From contig DASSOG010000054.1 in assembly GCA_035700805.1 (NCBI GenBank), positions 9,653 through 73,652 on the forward strand: DNA of 64,000 nucleotides. Reading direction: 5' to 3'. The stretch comes from Gemmatimonadaceae bacterium (GTDB lineage: Bacteria > Gemmatimonadota > Gemmatimonadetes > Gemmatimonadales > Gemmatimonadaceae). A program made the position numbers and the translations under genes. Within the stretch, counting starts at the first letter, position 1. Every line of letters starts with the position of its first letter. Shown here in pieces: positions 36,736 through 46,085 of the stretch. The notes below the pieces were generated by a model. The model was not told the origin of the DNA. It did no database searches and was given only the letters and a program-made list of their open reading frames with translations.

Positions 36736-38952
36736 GTGGATTTGCACACCGTCAGACGCCTTTTCGTCGCGATTTCCGTGATGGGCTGCGCCGCTCCACT
36801 CGGCGCCCAGTCCTCGGTCCCCGCGCCCATCCCCGTGACGGGCGTCGGTCATCCCCGCGTCGGCCTCGTGCTGAGCGGCGGCAGCGCCAAGGCCTTCGCC
36901 CATATTGGCGTCCTGCAGGTGCTCCAGCAGATGGGCATCCACGTGGATATCGTCACCGGCACCAGCATGGGCGCCATCATTGGCGCCCTCTACGCCGCCG
37001 GATACACCCCCGACCAGCTCGACACGCTGGTGACGCGCGAGGATTGGGGCAGTCTCTTCCATCGCCCCACCGACCGGCGTCAGCAGAGCCCCGCCGAGAA
37101 GGCGGCGAACGAACGCTACATGATCACCTTTCCGCTGGAGCACGCCCGCATTGCGCTCCCGCAAGGCGTGATCCCCCGCCAGGCCATCGCCGAGCGACTG
37201 GAACGGTACCTGTGGCCGGTCCACGATATTTCGGATTTCAACAACCTGCCCACGGCCTTTGGCGCGCTCGTTACGGACCTGAATACCGGGGTGCCAAGCC
37301 TGCTGCAGCACGGCTCGCTGGCGCAGGCGGTGGAGGGCAGCGCGGCCGTACCGGGCGCCTTCGCGCCGGTGCGCCTGGCCGACGGCCGGCAGGTGGTGGA
37401 CGGCGCCGTGGTGCGCAACCTGCCCGCCGAAGACGCCCACGACATGGGCGCCGATCTGCTCATATGTGTTGACGTATCTGAACGCCCTTCGCTGGTGGAC
37501 AGCCTGCATTCACTGGTGGACGTGGTGCAGCAGACCGTGGCCTTTCGCGTGCAGGCGTCCAATCGTATTGAACGACCGTACTGCGACGTGATCGTGGATC
37601 CCAAGGTCACGGGTGTCCCGTCCACTGACTTCAGCAGGGGGCAGTTCTGGATCGATCGCGGCCGCCGCGCCGCGGAGGCGGTGCGTCCGGCACTGGAGGC
37701 ACTCGCCCGCGAGCAGCAGGCCGGTCGGGGTGACATTCCACCTCGGCCACCGCTTCCCGCGGACGATTCCATTTGGCTCAAGCAGGTGAGCTGGACGCCC
37801 GTGAGCGAGGGCGCCGAGGCCCTCGTTCGCGCCAGGGTCGGGCTGAAAGTGGACTCGTGGGTCACCCGCGACCAGGTGTCGGCCGCGGTGGCCCGCATCT
37901 ATTCAACCGGTCGATTCGATCAGGTGAGCTATCGCGTGGAGCCGGCAGCCGGCGGTCGCGCCCTGATCTTCGATCTCACCGAGGGCGACCGCAATGTCGT
38001 GGGCGTGGGCGTGCGCTATGATACGCCGCGCGGCGCGTCGCTCATTGCCGGGGCCACGGTCAACGACTGGCTGACGCCAGGTTCCAAGGCCACGCTCACG
38101 GCGCGTCTCGGCGACGAGCAGCAGTATGAAGGCCGGTTCATGCTGGGCGCGGGGCCCGAGGCGCGCTTTCTGCAGACGTACCGCGCCACGTTGAGCCGCA
38201 CATCGCTGCCCCACGTCCGCCCCGCCGGCGTCGGCTCGGCACCGGTGCTGGATGTGCATGAACTGGCCGCGCAGATCGCGCGTGTCATTGGCAATGCCGG
38301 ATACGCCGGCCTGGAAATCACCCGGGGCCGGGCAATCGACGGGGTGCCGGGGACGAACGGTGTGCTCGCCATGCGGTCGCAATCCTACACCACGCTGGGT
38401 GCCGTGCTGTCGCTTGACACATATGATCGTGTGTTCGCGCCCAGCCAGGGCATGGCGGTCCTGCTCGAATCGCGCCATACCGTCGGGGGTGGGCCCTCAT
38501 GGGAGCACCACCTGCTCAACGCCGAGGGCGCGGTCCCCGTGCACTCTGGCGTTTCCGTACTGGGTCGAGTGGAGCTTGGCGCCGCATCCGGGGCCCAGCT
38601 TCCGCTGCATGAGCGTTTCTTTCTGGGCGGCAGCGTGCCATCCAGTGTGTGGACGTCCAGTTTCGTGCCATTTCCCGGCATTGACCCCCAGTCTGCGCAG
38701 GGGACGGTCGTGCAGGTGGCGCAGGCCGGTGTGCAGGCCGAGGTGAGGGACAACCTGATCCTTGGCGTCCGCGGGAACGTCGGCAACGTGTTCGACGGGT
38801 GGCCGCCGGCGGCCGGCGCGCGGCGTTACCTGCGGGGCGTGGGCATCACGCTCGGTACCACACTGGCGCCCGGCCCGCTGTCCATTACCTTCGGCACGCG
38901 CTCCCTGCACACCGCGCCCGTCATCGAGATCCTCTTCGGCGCGACGTTCTGA
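36736..38952 (+). CDS. Patatin-like phospholipase fused to POTRA/Omp85-type beta-barrel (PlpD-like)
   Basis: Oxyanion GGSAKAF, nucleophile GTSMG, and catalytic Asp in VDGAV. The C-terminal barrel ends in ...LFGATF. GTG start precedes the signal peptide. Confidence 0.82.
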   Translation: MDLHTVRRLFVAISVMGCAAPLGAQSSVPAPIPVTGVGHPRVGLVLSGGSAKAFAHIGVLQVLQQMGIHVDIVTGTSMGAIIGALYAAGYTPDQLDTLVTREDWGSLFHRPTDRRQQSPAEKAANERYMITFPLEHARIALPQGVIPRQAIAERLERYLWPVHDISDFNNLPTAFGALVTDLNTGVPSLLQHGSLAQAVEGSAAVPGAFAPVRLADGRQVVDGAVVRNLPAEDAHDMGADLLICVDVSERPSLVDSLHSLVDVVQQTVAFRVQASNRIERPYCDVIVDPKVTGVPSTDFSRGQFWIDRGRRAAEAVRPALEALAREQQAGRGDIPPRPPLPADDSIWLKQVSWTPVSEGAEALVRARVGLKVDSWVTRDQVSAAVARIYSTGRFDQVSYRVEPAAGGRALIFDLTEGDRNVVGVGVRYDTPRGASLIAGATVNDWLTPGSKATLTARLGDEQQYEGRFMLGAGPEARFLQTYRATLSRTSLPHVRPAGVGSAPVLDVHELAAQIARVIGNAGYAGLEITRGRAIDGVPGTNGVLAMRSQSYTTLGAVLSLDTYDRVFAPSQGMAVLLESRHTVGGGPSWEHHLLNAEGAVPVHSGVSVLGRVELGAASGAQLPLHERFFLGGSVPSSVWTSSFVPFPGIDPQSAQGTVVQVAQAGVQAEVRDNLILGVRGNVGNVFDGWPPAAGARRYLRGVGITLGTTLAPGPLSITFGTRSLHTAPVIEILFGATF

Positions 38953-38968
38953 CCTGCTGCCCCGCGTC

Positions 38969-40219
38969 ATGAAAAGACTTCCCGTTCAAATGCTGCTGGC
39001 CGTGCTGGCGGGCACTGCGGCAGGGCTGGCGGTCGCCGCGGCGAACAGCGCACCGGCCAACCGGATTGTCGCCATCATCGCCCCGCTGGGCACCATCTGG
39101 GTGAACGCCATCCTGATGACGGTGGTGCCGCTGGTGATCGCCTGCGTGATTGTCGCGGCGGCCTCCTCGGCCGATCATCGTGAGACCCGGCGGGGCGCCA
39201 CGGGCACCCTGGTCCTGTTTGTCGGCACGGTGGCCGCCAGCGCCGTGCTCTGCGCCCTGCTGAGTCCGTGGCTGCTGGGCCTGTTTGTGCAGGCCGGGTC
39301 CATCCCGATCCCGGCCACGTCCACCTCCGTGGCGCCGGCCGCGCAGCCCAGCCTGTCCGCGCTGGTGGTGAGCATCGTGCCGCGCAACCCGGTGAAGGCG
39401 GCCGCCGACGGCGCCATGCTTGGCGTGATCGTATTCTCGCTGCTCTTCGGGTTCGCGAGCACGCGCCTCGATGCCGCGCGGCGCAATACTATTACCGGAA
39501 TGGCGCAGGCGGTGGCGGACGCGCTGCTCGTGATTGTTGGCTGGGTGCTGAAAGTCGGGCCCATTGGCGTCTTTGCGCTGCTGTTGCCCGTGGCGCAGCG
39601 CATCGGCCTGGGCGTGCTGCAGTCGCTGGCCGGCTACATGGTGGTGGTGGCCATCCTGTGCCTGGTGGTGACCGGGGGCGCCTACCTGATGGCTACGACC
39701 ATGGGGCGGGTGGGGCTGGTGCGGTTCGCCCGCGCGCTGGCTGCGCCGCAGGCCATTGCCTTTGGTTCGCGATCGTCGCTGGCCACCCTGCCGTCGCTCA
39801 TGCGCGCCGCCGACGATGACCTCCAGCTCCTGCCCCAGGCCAGCGGTTTCGTGCTGCCGCTGGCCACGGCCATCCTCAAGGTGTCGGCGCCCATCGCATC
39901 AGTGACCGGCGCCATCTTCATCGCGCGCGTGTATGGCATTCACCTGGGTCCCGGGCGCCTGCTTCCGATGATGGCGATCGCGGTGCTGGTGAGTTTCGGC
40001 GTGCCAGGGGTGCCCAACGGCGCGTGGACGCAGCTCCCCGTGTTCCTGGCTGCCGGCGTGCCCGCCGAGGGGATCGGGATCCTGCTGGCGGTAGATGCAA
40101 TTCCTGATGCGCTGCGGACGGTAGCGAACATCTCGGTGGACCTGGCGATTGCGACGGTGATCGGGCGGCGCGACCGCGAAGCGCTTCGCGCTCCGGTTGC
40201 ATCGGGTGCAGGGCCATAG
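38969..40219 (+). CDS. Dicarboxylate/amino acid:cation symporter (DAACS family)
   Basis: About 416 aa, polytopic, with family-typical segments (...SSLATLPS..., ...VPGVPNGA..., ...DALRTVANISVD...). Confidence 0.82.
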   Translation: MKRLPVQMLLAVLAGTAAGLAVAAANSAPANRIVAIIAPLGTIWVNAILMTVVPLVIACVIVAAASSADHRETRRGATGTLVLFVGTVAASAVLCALLSPWLLGLFVQAGSIPIPATSTSVAPAAQPSLSALVVSIVPRNPVKAAADGAMLGVIVFSLLFGFASTRLDAARRNTITGMAQAVADALLVIVGWVLKVGPIGVFALLLPVAQRIGLGVLQSLAGYMVVVAILCLVVTGGAYLMATTMGRVGLVRFARALAAPQAIAFGSRSSLATLPSLMRAADDDLQLLPQASGFVLPLATAILKVSAPIASVTGAIFIARVYGIHLGPGRLLPMMAIAVLVSFGVPGVPNGAWTQLPVFLAAGVPAEGIGILLAVDAIPDALRTVANISVDLAIATVIGRRDREALRAPVASGAGP

Positions 40220-40351
40220 TTCGGTTCATGCTGGTTGTCGGCTGCAGCTCCCAGCCAGGCTCCGGGTCTGGCACTGCCGCGCCAGCCTCGGTATTCTCGA
40301 TGTGTCGGCCGTGAAGGCCCCCACGCCCGATTCCACCGCTCCGGAGGTTTC

Positions 40352-42802
40352 ATGGACGCCCTGCTGAAAGACGTGCGCTACGCCGTGCGCGCGCTCATCC
40401 ACAACCCCGGGATGACTACGGTGGCCGTGATCTGCCTGGCCCTCGGGATTGGCGCCAATGCCACGATGTTCGGCATCGTGGACGCGCTGATGTTCAAGGC
40501 GCCCGCGCACATTGTCCAGCCCGACGGCGTGGCCCGCATCTATTTCAACTATCCCGGCGGCAAGCCTGGCACGGTGAGTGCCACGCAGATTACCGGATAC
40601 GGCACGTACGAAGCCCTGCGGGATAACGTGCCGGCGTTCAAGGAAATCGCCGCCTATTGGTCCAACACCACGACCATCGGGCACGGCTCGGACGCCCGCC
40701 CGCTGGACGCGGTCCTCGTGACGCCAAGCTTCTTCCGCGCGCTCGGCACACAGCCGCTGCTGGGCCGGTTCTTCGCGCCCGACGAGGAGCGCGCGGAGGG
40801 CGGCAAGACCGTGGTGCTCGGCTACGACCTGTGGAAGGGCCGGTTCAATGGCGATCGCGGCGTGCTGGGTCGAGCGGTGAACATTGGAGGTCTGCAATAC
40901 ACCGTGATCGGGGTGGCGCCGCCGGAGTTTACCGGGGTGGACCTCAAGCGCGTGGACGCCTGGCTTCCCATCGGCGCGGCCACCACGATGTTCTCGTCCA
41001 ACGCGCTCTCGCACGACGGCAATTACTGGCTGAGCACCATTGCGCGGATCCCAGCCGACGTGTCGCCCGACGTGGCGGCCGCGCAAGCGACTGCGGCGTT
41101 TGCATCCGAGCACGCCAGGGAGTCCTGGAGCAAGGGCACGCGCGTGATCTTCGCGCCCATTCCCGTGGGCCGCGCGCCTAATATGTCAGCGAACACGAAA
41201 GTCTCGCTCTGGCTGGGGCTGGTATCACTGCTGGTGCTGCTCGTCGCCTGCGCCAACGTGGCCAACCTGCTGCTCGCGCGCGCGGTCGCGCGGTCGCGAG
41301 AAATCGCCGTCCGTCTCTCGCTGGGAGCCGGACGCTGGCGCATTGCTCGGCAACTGCTCACCGAGAGCATGGTGCTGGCGGGGATCGGCGCCGTTGCCGC
41401 GCTGGTGCTCACGGTGTGGACGTCGGCCTTCGTGCGGCGCGTGGTGATCCCGGACGTGCCGCTGATGGGACACGCCATATCGCTGCGGGTGCTCGGCTTT
41501 GCCGGCGTGGTGGCGCTGGGCACCGGCCTCGTGTGCGGACTGGCGCCCGCGCTCGTGATTGCGCGGTCCAACCTCAACGCCGTGCTCAAGGGCGAAGCCA
41601 GCGGACGCGGCGGGCGCTTCCTGGTGCAGCGCGCGCTGGTGGCGGGGCAGGTGGCGCTCACCGTCGTGCTGCTGGCCGGCGCCGGACTGTTTGTGCAGAG
41701 CCTGCGAAATATCAGGAATGAGGACCTGGGCATGAACGTGCAGCGCCTGCTCTACGCCCGGGTCGATTTCAAGGCCGCCAATATCTCCAACGCGGTCGCA
41801 ACGGCACAATACAACGCCATGCTGCAGCGCGTGCGCGCCGTCCCGGGCGTGACCGCCGCGAGTATCTCCATCGGGGAGCCGTTTGGGAGCGGCTGGGGCG
41901 TGAACATCATCCCCACTGAGGGCCCCGCCGCCGAGGTGAAGCGACCGCGCGCCGCACCCATGGGGCGAGCGGTGTCGGAAGGCTTTTTCCGTGCCACGGC
42001 TCGACGCTTCACGCAGGGTCGCGCGTTCACGTCGGCCGAGCACAGCGCGTCGGCCCACGTCGCAATTATCAATCAGGGCACCGCCGATTACTACTGGCCG
42101 CACGGCGGCGCGCTCGGCGCCTGCATTCACACCTACGACAAGCAGCCCAACTGCACCACCATCGTCGGCATCCTGGCCGACGCCCGGCAGTACCAGATTA
42201 CCAGCGCGGCGATCCAGGAGCTGTACGTGCCCATCGAGGATACGTCGGTTGTGCCCAGTATGGGGGTGAGCATGATGGAAGTGCGCACGTCCGGCGATCC
42301 ACGGGCGATGGTCGCGCCGGTGCGCCATGCCATGGAATCCGCGGGCCCGGACATTCCCTATCCAAGCGTGCGGCCACTCACGGATATACTCGATCCGCAA
42401 TACCGGCCGTGGCAGCTGGGCACCCAGATGTTCGGTGCCTTTGGTTTGCTGGCCCTGGTGCTGGCGGGCGTGGGACTGTACGGGGTGCTGGCCTACGCCG
42501 TGGTGCAGCAGCGGCGTGAGCTGGGAATCCGGGCGGCCCTTGGCGCCCAGCGCGGCGCGCTCGTCCGCCTGGTGGTAAGAACCGGACTGGTCACCACGAT
42601 TGTCGGAGCTGGCATTGGCGTGGTGGCGGCGCTGGGCGCGGGGCGGTTCATCGCGTCGCTGCTGTACGACGTGTCGGCGCGCGATCCCAAGTCGCTGGCC
42701 GGTGCCGCTGTCTCGCTGGTGATTGTCGCGGTGGTGGCCAGTTACCTGCCGGCCCGGCGTGCGGCGCGAGTCGATCCCATGGTGGCGTTGCGGTCGGAAT
42801 AG
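40352..42802 (+). CDS. ADOP-type (duplicated MacB/FtsX) permease, copy 2
   Basis: Canonical N-terminus MDALLKDVRYAVRALIHNPGMTTVAVICLALGIGANA and two FtsX modules. The C-terminus ends ...RRAARVDPMVALRSE. GGAGG RBS. Confidence 0.85.
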   Translation: MDALLKDVRYAVRALIHNPGMTTVAVICLALGIGANATMFGIVDALMFKAPAHIVQPDGVARIYFNYPGGKPGTVSATQITGYGTYEALRDNVPAFKEIAAYWSNTTTIGHGSDARPLDAVLVTPSFFRALGTQPLLGRFFAPDEERAEGGKTVVLGYDLWKGRFNGDRGVLGRAVNIGGLQYTVIGVAPPEFTGVDLKRVDAWLPIGAATTMFSSNALSHDGNYWLSTIARIPADVSPDVAAAQATAAFASEHARESWSKGTRVIFAPIPVGRAPNMSANTKVSLWLGLVSLLVLLVACANVANLLLARAVARSREIAVRLSLGAGRWRIARQLLTESMVLAGIGAVAALVLTVWTSAFVRRVVIPDVPLMGHAISLRVLGFAGVVALGTGLVCGLAPALVIARSNLNAVLKGEASGRGGRFLVQRALVAGQVALTVVLLAGAGLFVQSLRNIRNEDLGMNVQRLLYARVDFKAANISNAVATAQYNAMLQRVRAVPGVTAASISIGEPFGSGWGVNIIPTEGPAAEVKRPRAAPMGRAVSEGFFRATARRFTQGRAFTSAEHSASAHVAIINQGTADYYWPHGGALGACIHTYDKQPNCTTIVGILADARQYQITSAAIQELYVPIEDTSVVPSMGVSMMEVRTSGDPRAMVAPVRHAMESAGPDIPYPSVRPLTDILDPQYRPWQLGTQMFGAFGLLALVLAGVGLYGVLAYAVVQQRRELGIRAALGAQRGALVRLVVRTGLVTTIVGAGIGVVAALGAGRFIASLLYDVSARDPKSLAGAAVSLVIVAVVASYLPARRAARVDPMVALRSE

Positions 42803-42816
42803 TCGAGCGTCAATCG

Positions 42817-44011
42817 ATGCGCACCGACGTCGTCATTATCGGCGCGGGCGTTTCGGGACTGGCCGCCGCGGCGTGCCTTGCCGCCGCTGGCCAGCGTCGC
42901 GCGACAGTCTGCTCTCGCCATCGTTGACTCGGACGGCGAGTTCCTGACCGGTATCGGCGGCGCGCTGAAGCCGGCCGTCCATCTCTGGCAGCGGATGGGT
43001 CGTGTGTTCTCGCATCTGCACGCCGACCGTGTGCGCGACCGCTCGTTTGTCGAGGTGCTGGCGGGCATTCGGAATGTGCGCGCGGCTGACCGTCGCATGG
43101 CGCTGCAGTATATCGAAGGCTTCGAGGCGGCCGACCCGGCGCGCATCAGCGAACGCGCGCTGGCGCGATCGCTCAACCGGCCAGCCGGCGAGCAAAGGGA
43201 GGACAGCCGCACTCGGCGGGTGCTTGGTGGTTACGACGGCATCGTGAATGCGCTGGCCGCTCCCGTGCGGCGGCGCATCAGGCGCGGGCGGATCGCGACG
43301 TCGGTGACGTGGGAGCCCGGCGAGGTCGACGTCGGTGTCCGGTCGGCGGCGACCGGGCGTGCGCTGCCGAGTGTGTCCGCGCGTGCCGTGGTCATCACCG
43401 TGCCGCTTGGCGTGCTCACCGCACCGCCCGGCGCCCAGGCCCGCATCGCCTTTCATCCGGCGATTCCGTCGCGGGAGCGAGCCATGCACTCGCTGGCCAT
43501 GGGCGCGGCAATGCGCGTGGCGTTGGTGCTTGACGAGCCGTTCTGGTTATCACGCCGGTTTTCGGCGCGTCACGGCAACCGCGCGTTCGACGACTTGTCC
43601 TTTTTGCTCGCCGGCGTCGAGCTGCCATTCCCCACGTGGTGGACCGCCCATCCCGCGCCGGCGCCCCTGCTGGTGGGATGGCGCGGGGGGCCACGCGCGT
43701 GGACGATGTCCGAGCAGTCGCGTGCGGAGGTGGTGCACGATGCCGTTCGTTCGGCGGCCGAGTTGTTCGGCATGCCGGTCCGCACGATGGAGCGGCGCGT
43801 CCGGGCCGCGCACACGCACGACTGGATTCACGATCCGTTTTCGCTGGGAGCGTACAGTTACGCCTGCGTGGGCGGCGCGCGGCCCACCAGCTTCTGCGTC
43901 GGCTGCGGTGATCTGCGTCTGATCCGGCCACATGGCGCAGCAGCGTCGGCTCGGCCGCGGAACGTCAGCCGAAGTGGGGGCGAAGCTGTGGCGGCCCCGC
44001 CACGCTCGTGA
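42817..44011 (+). pseudogene. Decayed flavin-containing amine oxidase (FAD/NAD(P)-binding oxidoreductase)
   Basis: A 36-codon ORF carries the GxGxxG start (MRTDVVIIGAGVSGLAAAACLAAAGQR) and then hits TGA at 42925. Homology resumes in another frame (…VITVPLGVL…, …HDWIHDPFSLGAYSY…), but the usual VLEARDR-GGR segment and the C-terminal FAGEAT segment are missing. Confidence 0.55.
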
Positions 44012-44030
44012 TCACCAGGAGCTACCAACG

Positions 44031-44062
44031 ACAAAGCGCTCCGCATGATGAGTGCGGAGCGC
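44031..44062 (-). terminator. Intrinsic terminator of the tRNA operon
   Basis: Perfect 10-bp stem GCGCTCCGCA / TGCGGAGCGC with a 7-nt loop, followed on the minus strand by TTTGT. Confidence 0.6.
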
Positions 44063-44096
44063 CCTGTGCAAGTGATTCGGTAGTAGTCACTTATTA

Positions 44097-44173
44097 TGGT
44101 CGGGGCGACTGGATTCGAACCAGCGACCTCCTGCTCCCGAAGCAGGCGCTCTACCGGGCTAAGCTACGCCCCG
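44097..44173 (-). tRNA. tRNA-Pro (anticodon CGG), CCA encoded
   Basis: Cloverleaf: CGGGGCG acceptor, anticodon loop TTCGGGA, T-loop TTCGAAT, 3' ACCA present. 77 nt. Confidence 0.9.
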
Positions 44174-44206
44174 CCGACCTTCCCCCACCTTCCACGTGCC
44201 ACCCCA

Positions 44207-44280
44207 TGCGCCCGGAGGGACTCGAACCCCCAACCTTCTGATCCGTAGTCAGATGCTCTATCCAATTGAGCCACGGGCGC
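44207..44280 (-). tRNA. tRNA-Arg (anticodon ACG)
   Basis: Cloverleaf: GCGCCCG acceptor, anticodon loop CTACGGA, T-loop TTCGAGT. 74 nt; no CCA. Confidence 0.9.
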
Positions 44281-44319
44281 GCGCAGACAAATTACCACGG
44301 CCGCCAGGATTTTGCGGCA

Positions 44320-44393
44320 TGGGCGGTACAAGACTCGAACTTGTGACCTCCACGATGTCAACGTGGCGCTCTAACCAACTGAGCTAACCGCCC
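44320..44393 (-). tRNA. tRNA-Val (anticodon GAC)
   Basis: Cloverleaf: GGGCGGT acceptor, anticodon loop TTGACAT, T-loop TTCGAGT. 74 nt; no CCA. Confidence 0.9.
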
Positions 44394-44453
44394 GACTGCG
44401 CCGCCGGGAACCTTTTCGCCCCTGCGGTGATTCCTTAAATGTCCGGTACCGAG

Positions 44454-44526
44454 AGCGGGAAACGGGACTCGAACCCGCGACCCCAACCTTGGCAAGGTTG
44501 TGCTCTACCAACTGAGCTATTCCCGC
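44454..44526 (-). tRNA. tRNA-Gly (anticodon GCC)
   Basis: Cloverleaf: GCGGGAA acceptor, anticodon loop TTGCCAA, T-loop TTCGAGT. 73 nt; no CCA. Confidence 0.9.
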
Positions 44527-44594
44527 GTCAATCCGAACCGTGGTCTGGGTGCTGCCGTCCGGCCCGGCCGCCGGCGCCGGTTGCCCGGTGCCGA

Positions 44595-44667
<73 letters not shown>

Positions 44668-44705
44668 GGGGATACCCCCCACAGGCGGGGCATCAGGAAC
44701 CGCGA

Positions 44706-44734
44706 AGTATATCTCGGCGTATAAGGGGTGTCAA
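44706..44734 (-). promoter_or_regulatory. Sigma-70-type promoter of the tRNA operon
   Basis: The minus strand reads TTGACA-N17-TATACT, about 30 nt upstream of the tRNA-Ala 5' end. Confidence 0.65.
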
Positions 44735-44915
44735 CGAAAGGGGCTGGCGATTCCCGGGCAAAGCGGTATTTTTTGTCGCCTCCCATCGCCTGGTGATTCA
44801 CCATGGATGGGAACCGTGCGCCAACCGCCGCGCACATCCTTGAAGTCCAGCTTCGCGACACTCGTGGTGCCGCAGCTCATAGATCATTCAACACGCAGTT
44901 CGTTCGAGGCAAGCA

Positions 44916-45803
44916 ATGACTGAAGTCAAGCGCCGCCGTCGGCGTACCGCGCCGGCAGGCATCGCGCCCAGCGAGCCCGAGCGCGACATCCTGGATCAAT
45001 ACCTCTACGAGGTCAGCACCTACCCGCTGCTCAAGGGCACGGAGGAGCTGGACCTGGCGCGGAAAATCCGCGCCGGCGACCAGGACGCGCTCCAGGAGCT
45101 GGTCAAGCGCAACCTGCGCTTCGTCATCTCCGTGGCCAAAAAGTACCAGAACCGCGGCCTCCCACTCATCGACCTCATCGGTGAGGGAAACGTGGGCCTG
45201 CTCACGGCCGCCCGGAAATTCGACCCGGATCAGGGCGTCAAGTTCATCTCGTACGCCGTCTGGTGGATCCGCCAGGCCATCCTCTCGGCCCTGGCCCGCC
45301 AGGGGCGTACCGTCCGCGTACCCCTGAACCGCACCGCCGACCTTTCCAGAATCATCAAGGCGTCCGAGATCCTGCGCCAGAAGATGAACCGCGAGCCCAA
45401 CCCCGAGGAACTCTCCCACCTCACGGGCCTCTCCGTGGAAGTCGTCCAGTCCCTCGCCGCGCTCAACACCAGCGACGTCCGCCTGGATGCCCCCATGGAC
45501 CCCGAAGGCGACCGCTCCCTCATCGAACGGTTCGTGGCCGACGAGATGCCCGACACCGAAGAAGCGGCCATGAACCGCTTCCTCACCGACGAGATCGAGC
45601 AGGCGCTGGGCACGCTGCCACCCCGCGACGCCAAGGTCCTGCGCCTCTACTTCGGCCTGGAAGGCGGACGCGAACATACGCTCGAGGAAATCGGCACCAT
45701 GCTGGGCGTCACGCGCGAACGCGTGCGCCAGCTCCGCGACCGCGCCCTCAAGCGGCTGCGCGAAGGCGACGTGGGCCGCGCCCTGGGCAGCTTCGCGGCC
45801 TGA
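44916..45803 (+). CDS. RNA polymerase sigma factor, sigma-70 (RpoD/SigA-like) family without region 1.1
   Basis: Regions 2-4 are present: RFVISVAKKY, GLLTAARKFDP, YAVWWIRQAI, and the 4.2 HTH TLEEIGTMLGVTRERVRQL. Confidence 0.9.
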   Translation: MTEVKRRRRRTAPAGIAPSEPERDILDQYLYEVSTYPLLKGTEELDLARKIRAGDQDALQELVKRNLRFVISVAKKYQNRGLPLIDLIGEGNVGLLTAARKFDPDQGVKFISYAVWWIRQAILSALARQGRTVRVPLNRTADLSRIIKASEILRQKMNREPNPEELSHLTGLSVEVVQSLAALNTSDVRLDAPMDPEGDRSLIERFVADEMPDTEEAAMNRFLTDEIEQALGTLPPRDAKVLRLYFGLEGGREHTLEEIGTMLGVTRERVRQLRDRALKRLREGDVGRALGSFAA

Positions 45804-45915
45804 GGGCAGCCACAGGGCCAGCGCACGCCGCTGGCCTGCATGGAGCACGGGTCGCGCCGTACAACTGACGCGCGCCGACAATACACAACTGCGGTTGCAG
45901 TATCCGTGGCATCCG

Positions 45916-45940
45916 GAGGGCCGGCTCACGCCGGCCCTCT
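45916..45940 (+). terminator. Hairpin / possible terminator after the sigma factor gene
   Basis: 10-bp stem GAGGGCCGGC / GCCGGCCCTC with loop TCAC. The tail TATCGTTGTG is T-poor. Confidence 0.4.
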
Positions 45941-46004
45941 ATCGTTGTGATCGCTTGTGATCGCTTGTGATCGCTTGTAATCGCTGGTCATCGCCTTGTG
46001 ATCC
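45941..46004. repeat. Six tandem approximately 10-bp repeats, consensus TCGCTTGTGA
   Basis: The array reads atcgttgtga/tcgcttgtga/tcgcttgtga/tcgcttgtaa/tcgctggtca/tcgccttgtga. GATC occurs at 45949, 45959, 45969 and 46000. Confidence 0.85.
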
Positions 46005-46085
46005 CCGGGAGTTTGCGGTTCACCCGCCGGTGCATCACATTTCTTCGCGCGCTCATCGCGCCCCGTCCCCGCCGCCGCCGCCCCC

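Noticed and set aside
43335-43933. Several 127-195-aa ORFs in alternative frames and strands within the amine-oxidase remnant
   Set aside because: They have no motifs and extreme Arg/Pro/Ala content. The only frame with family homology is the one reported as a pseudogene.
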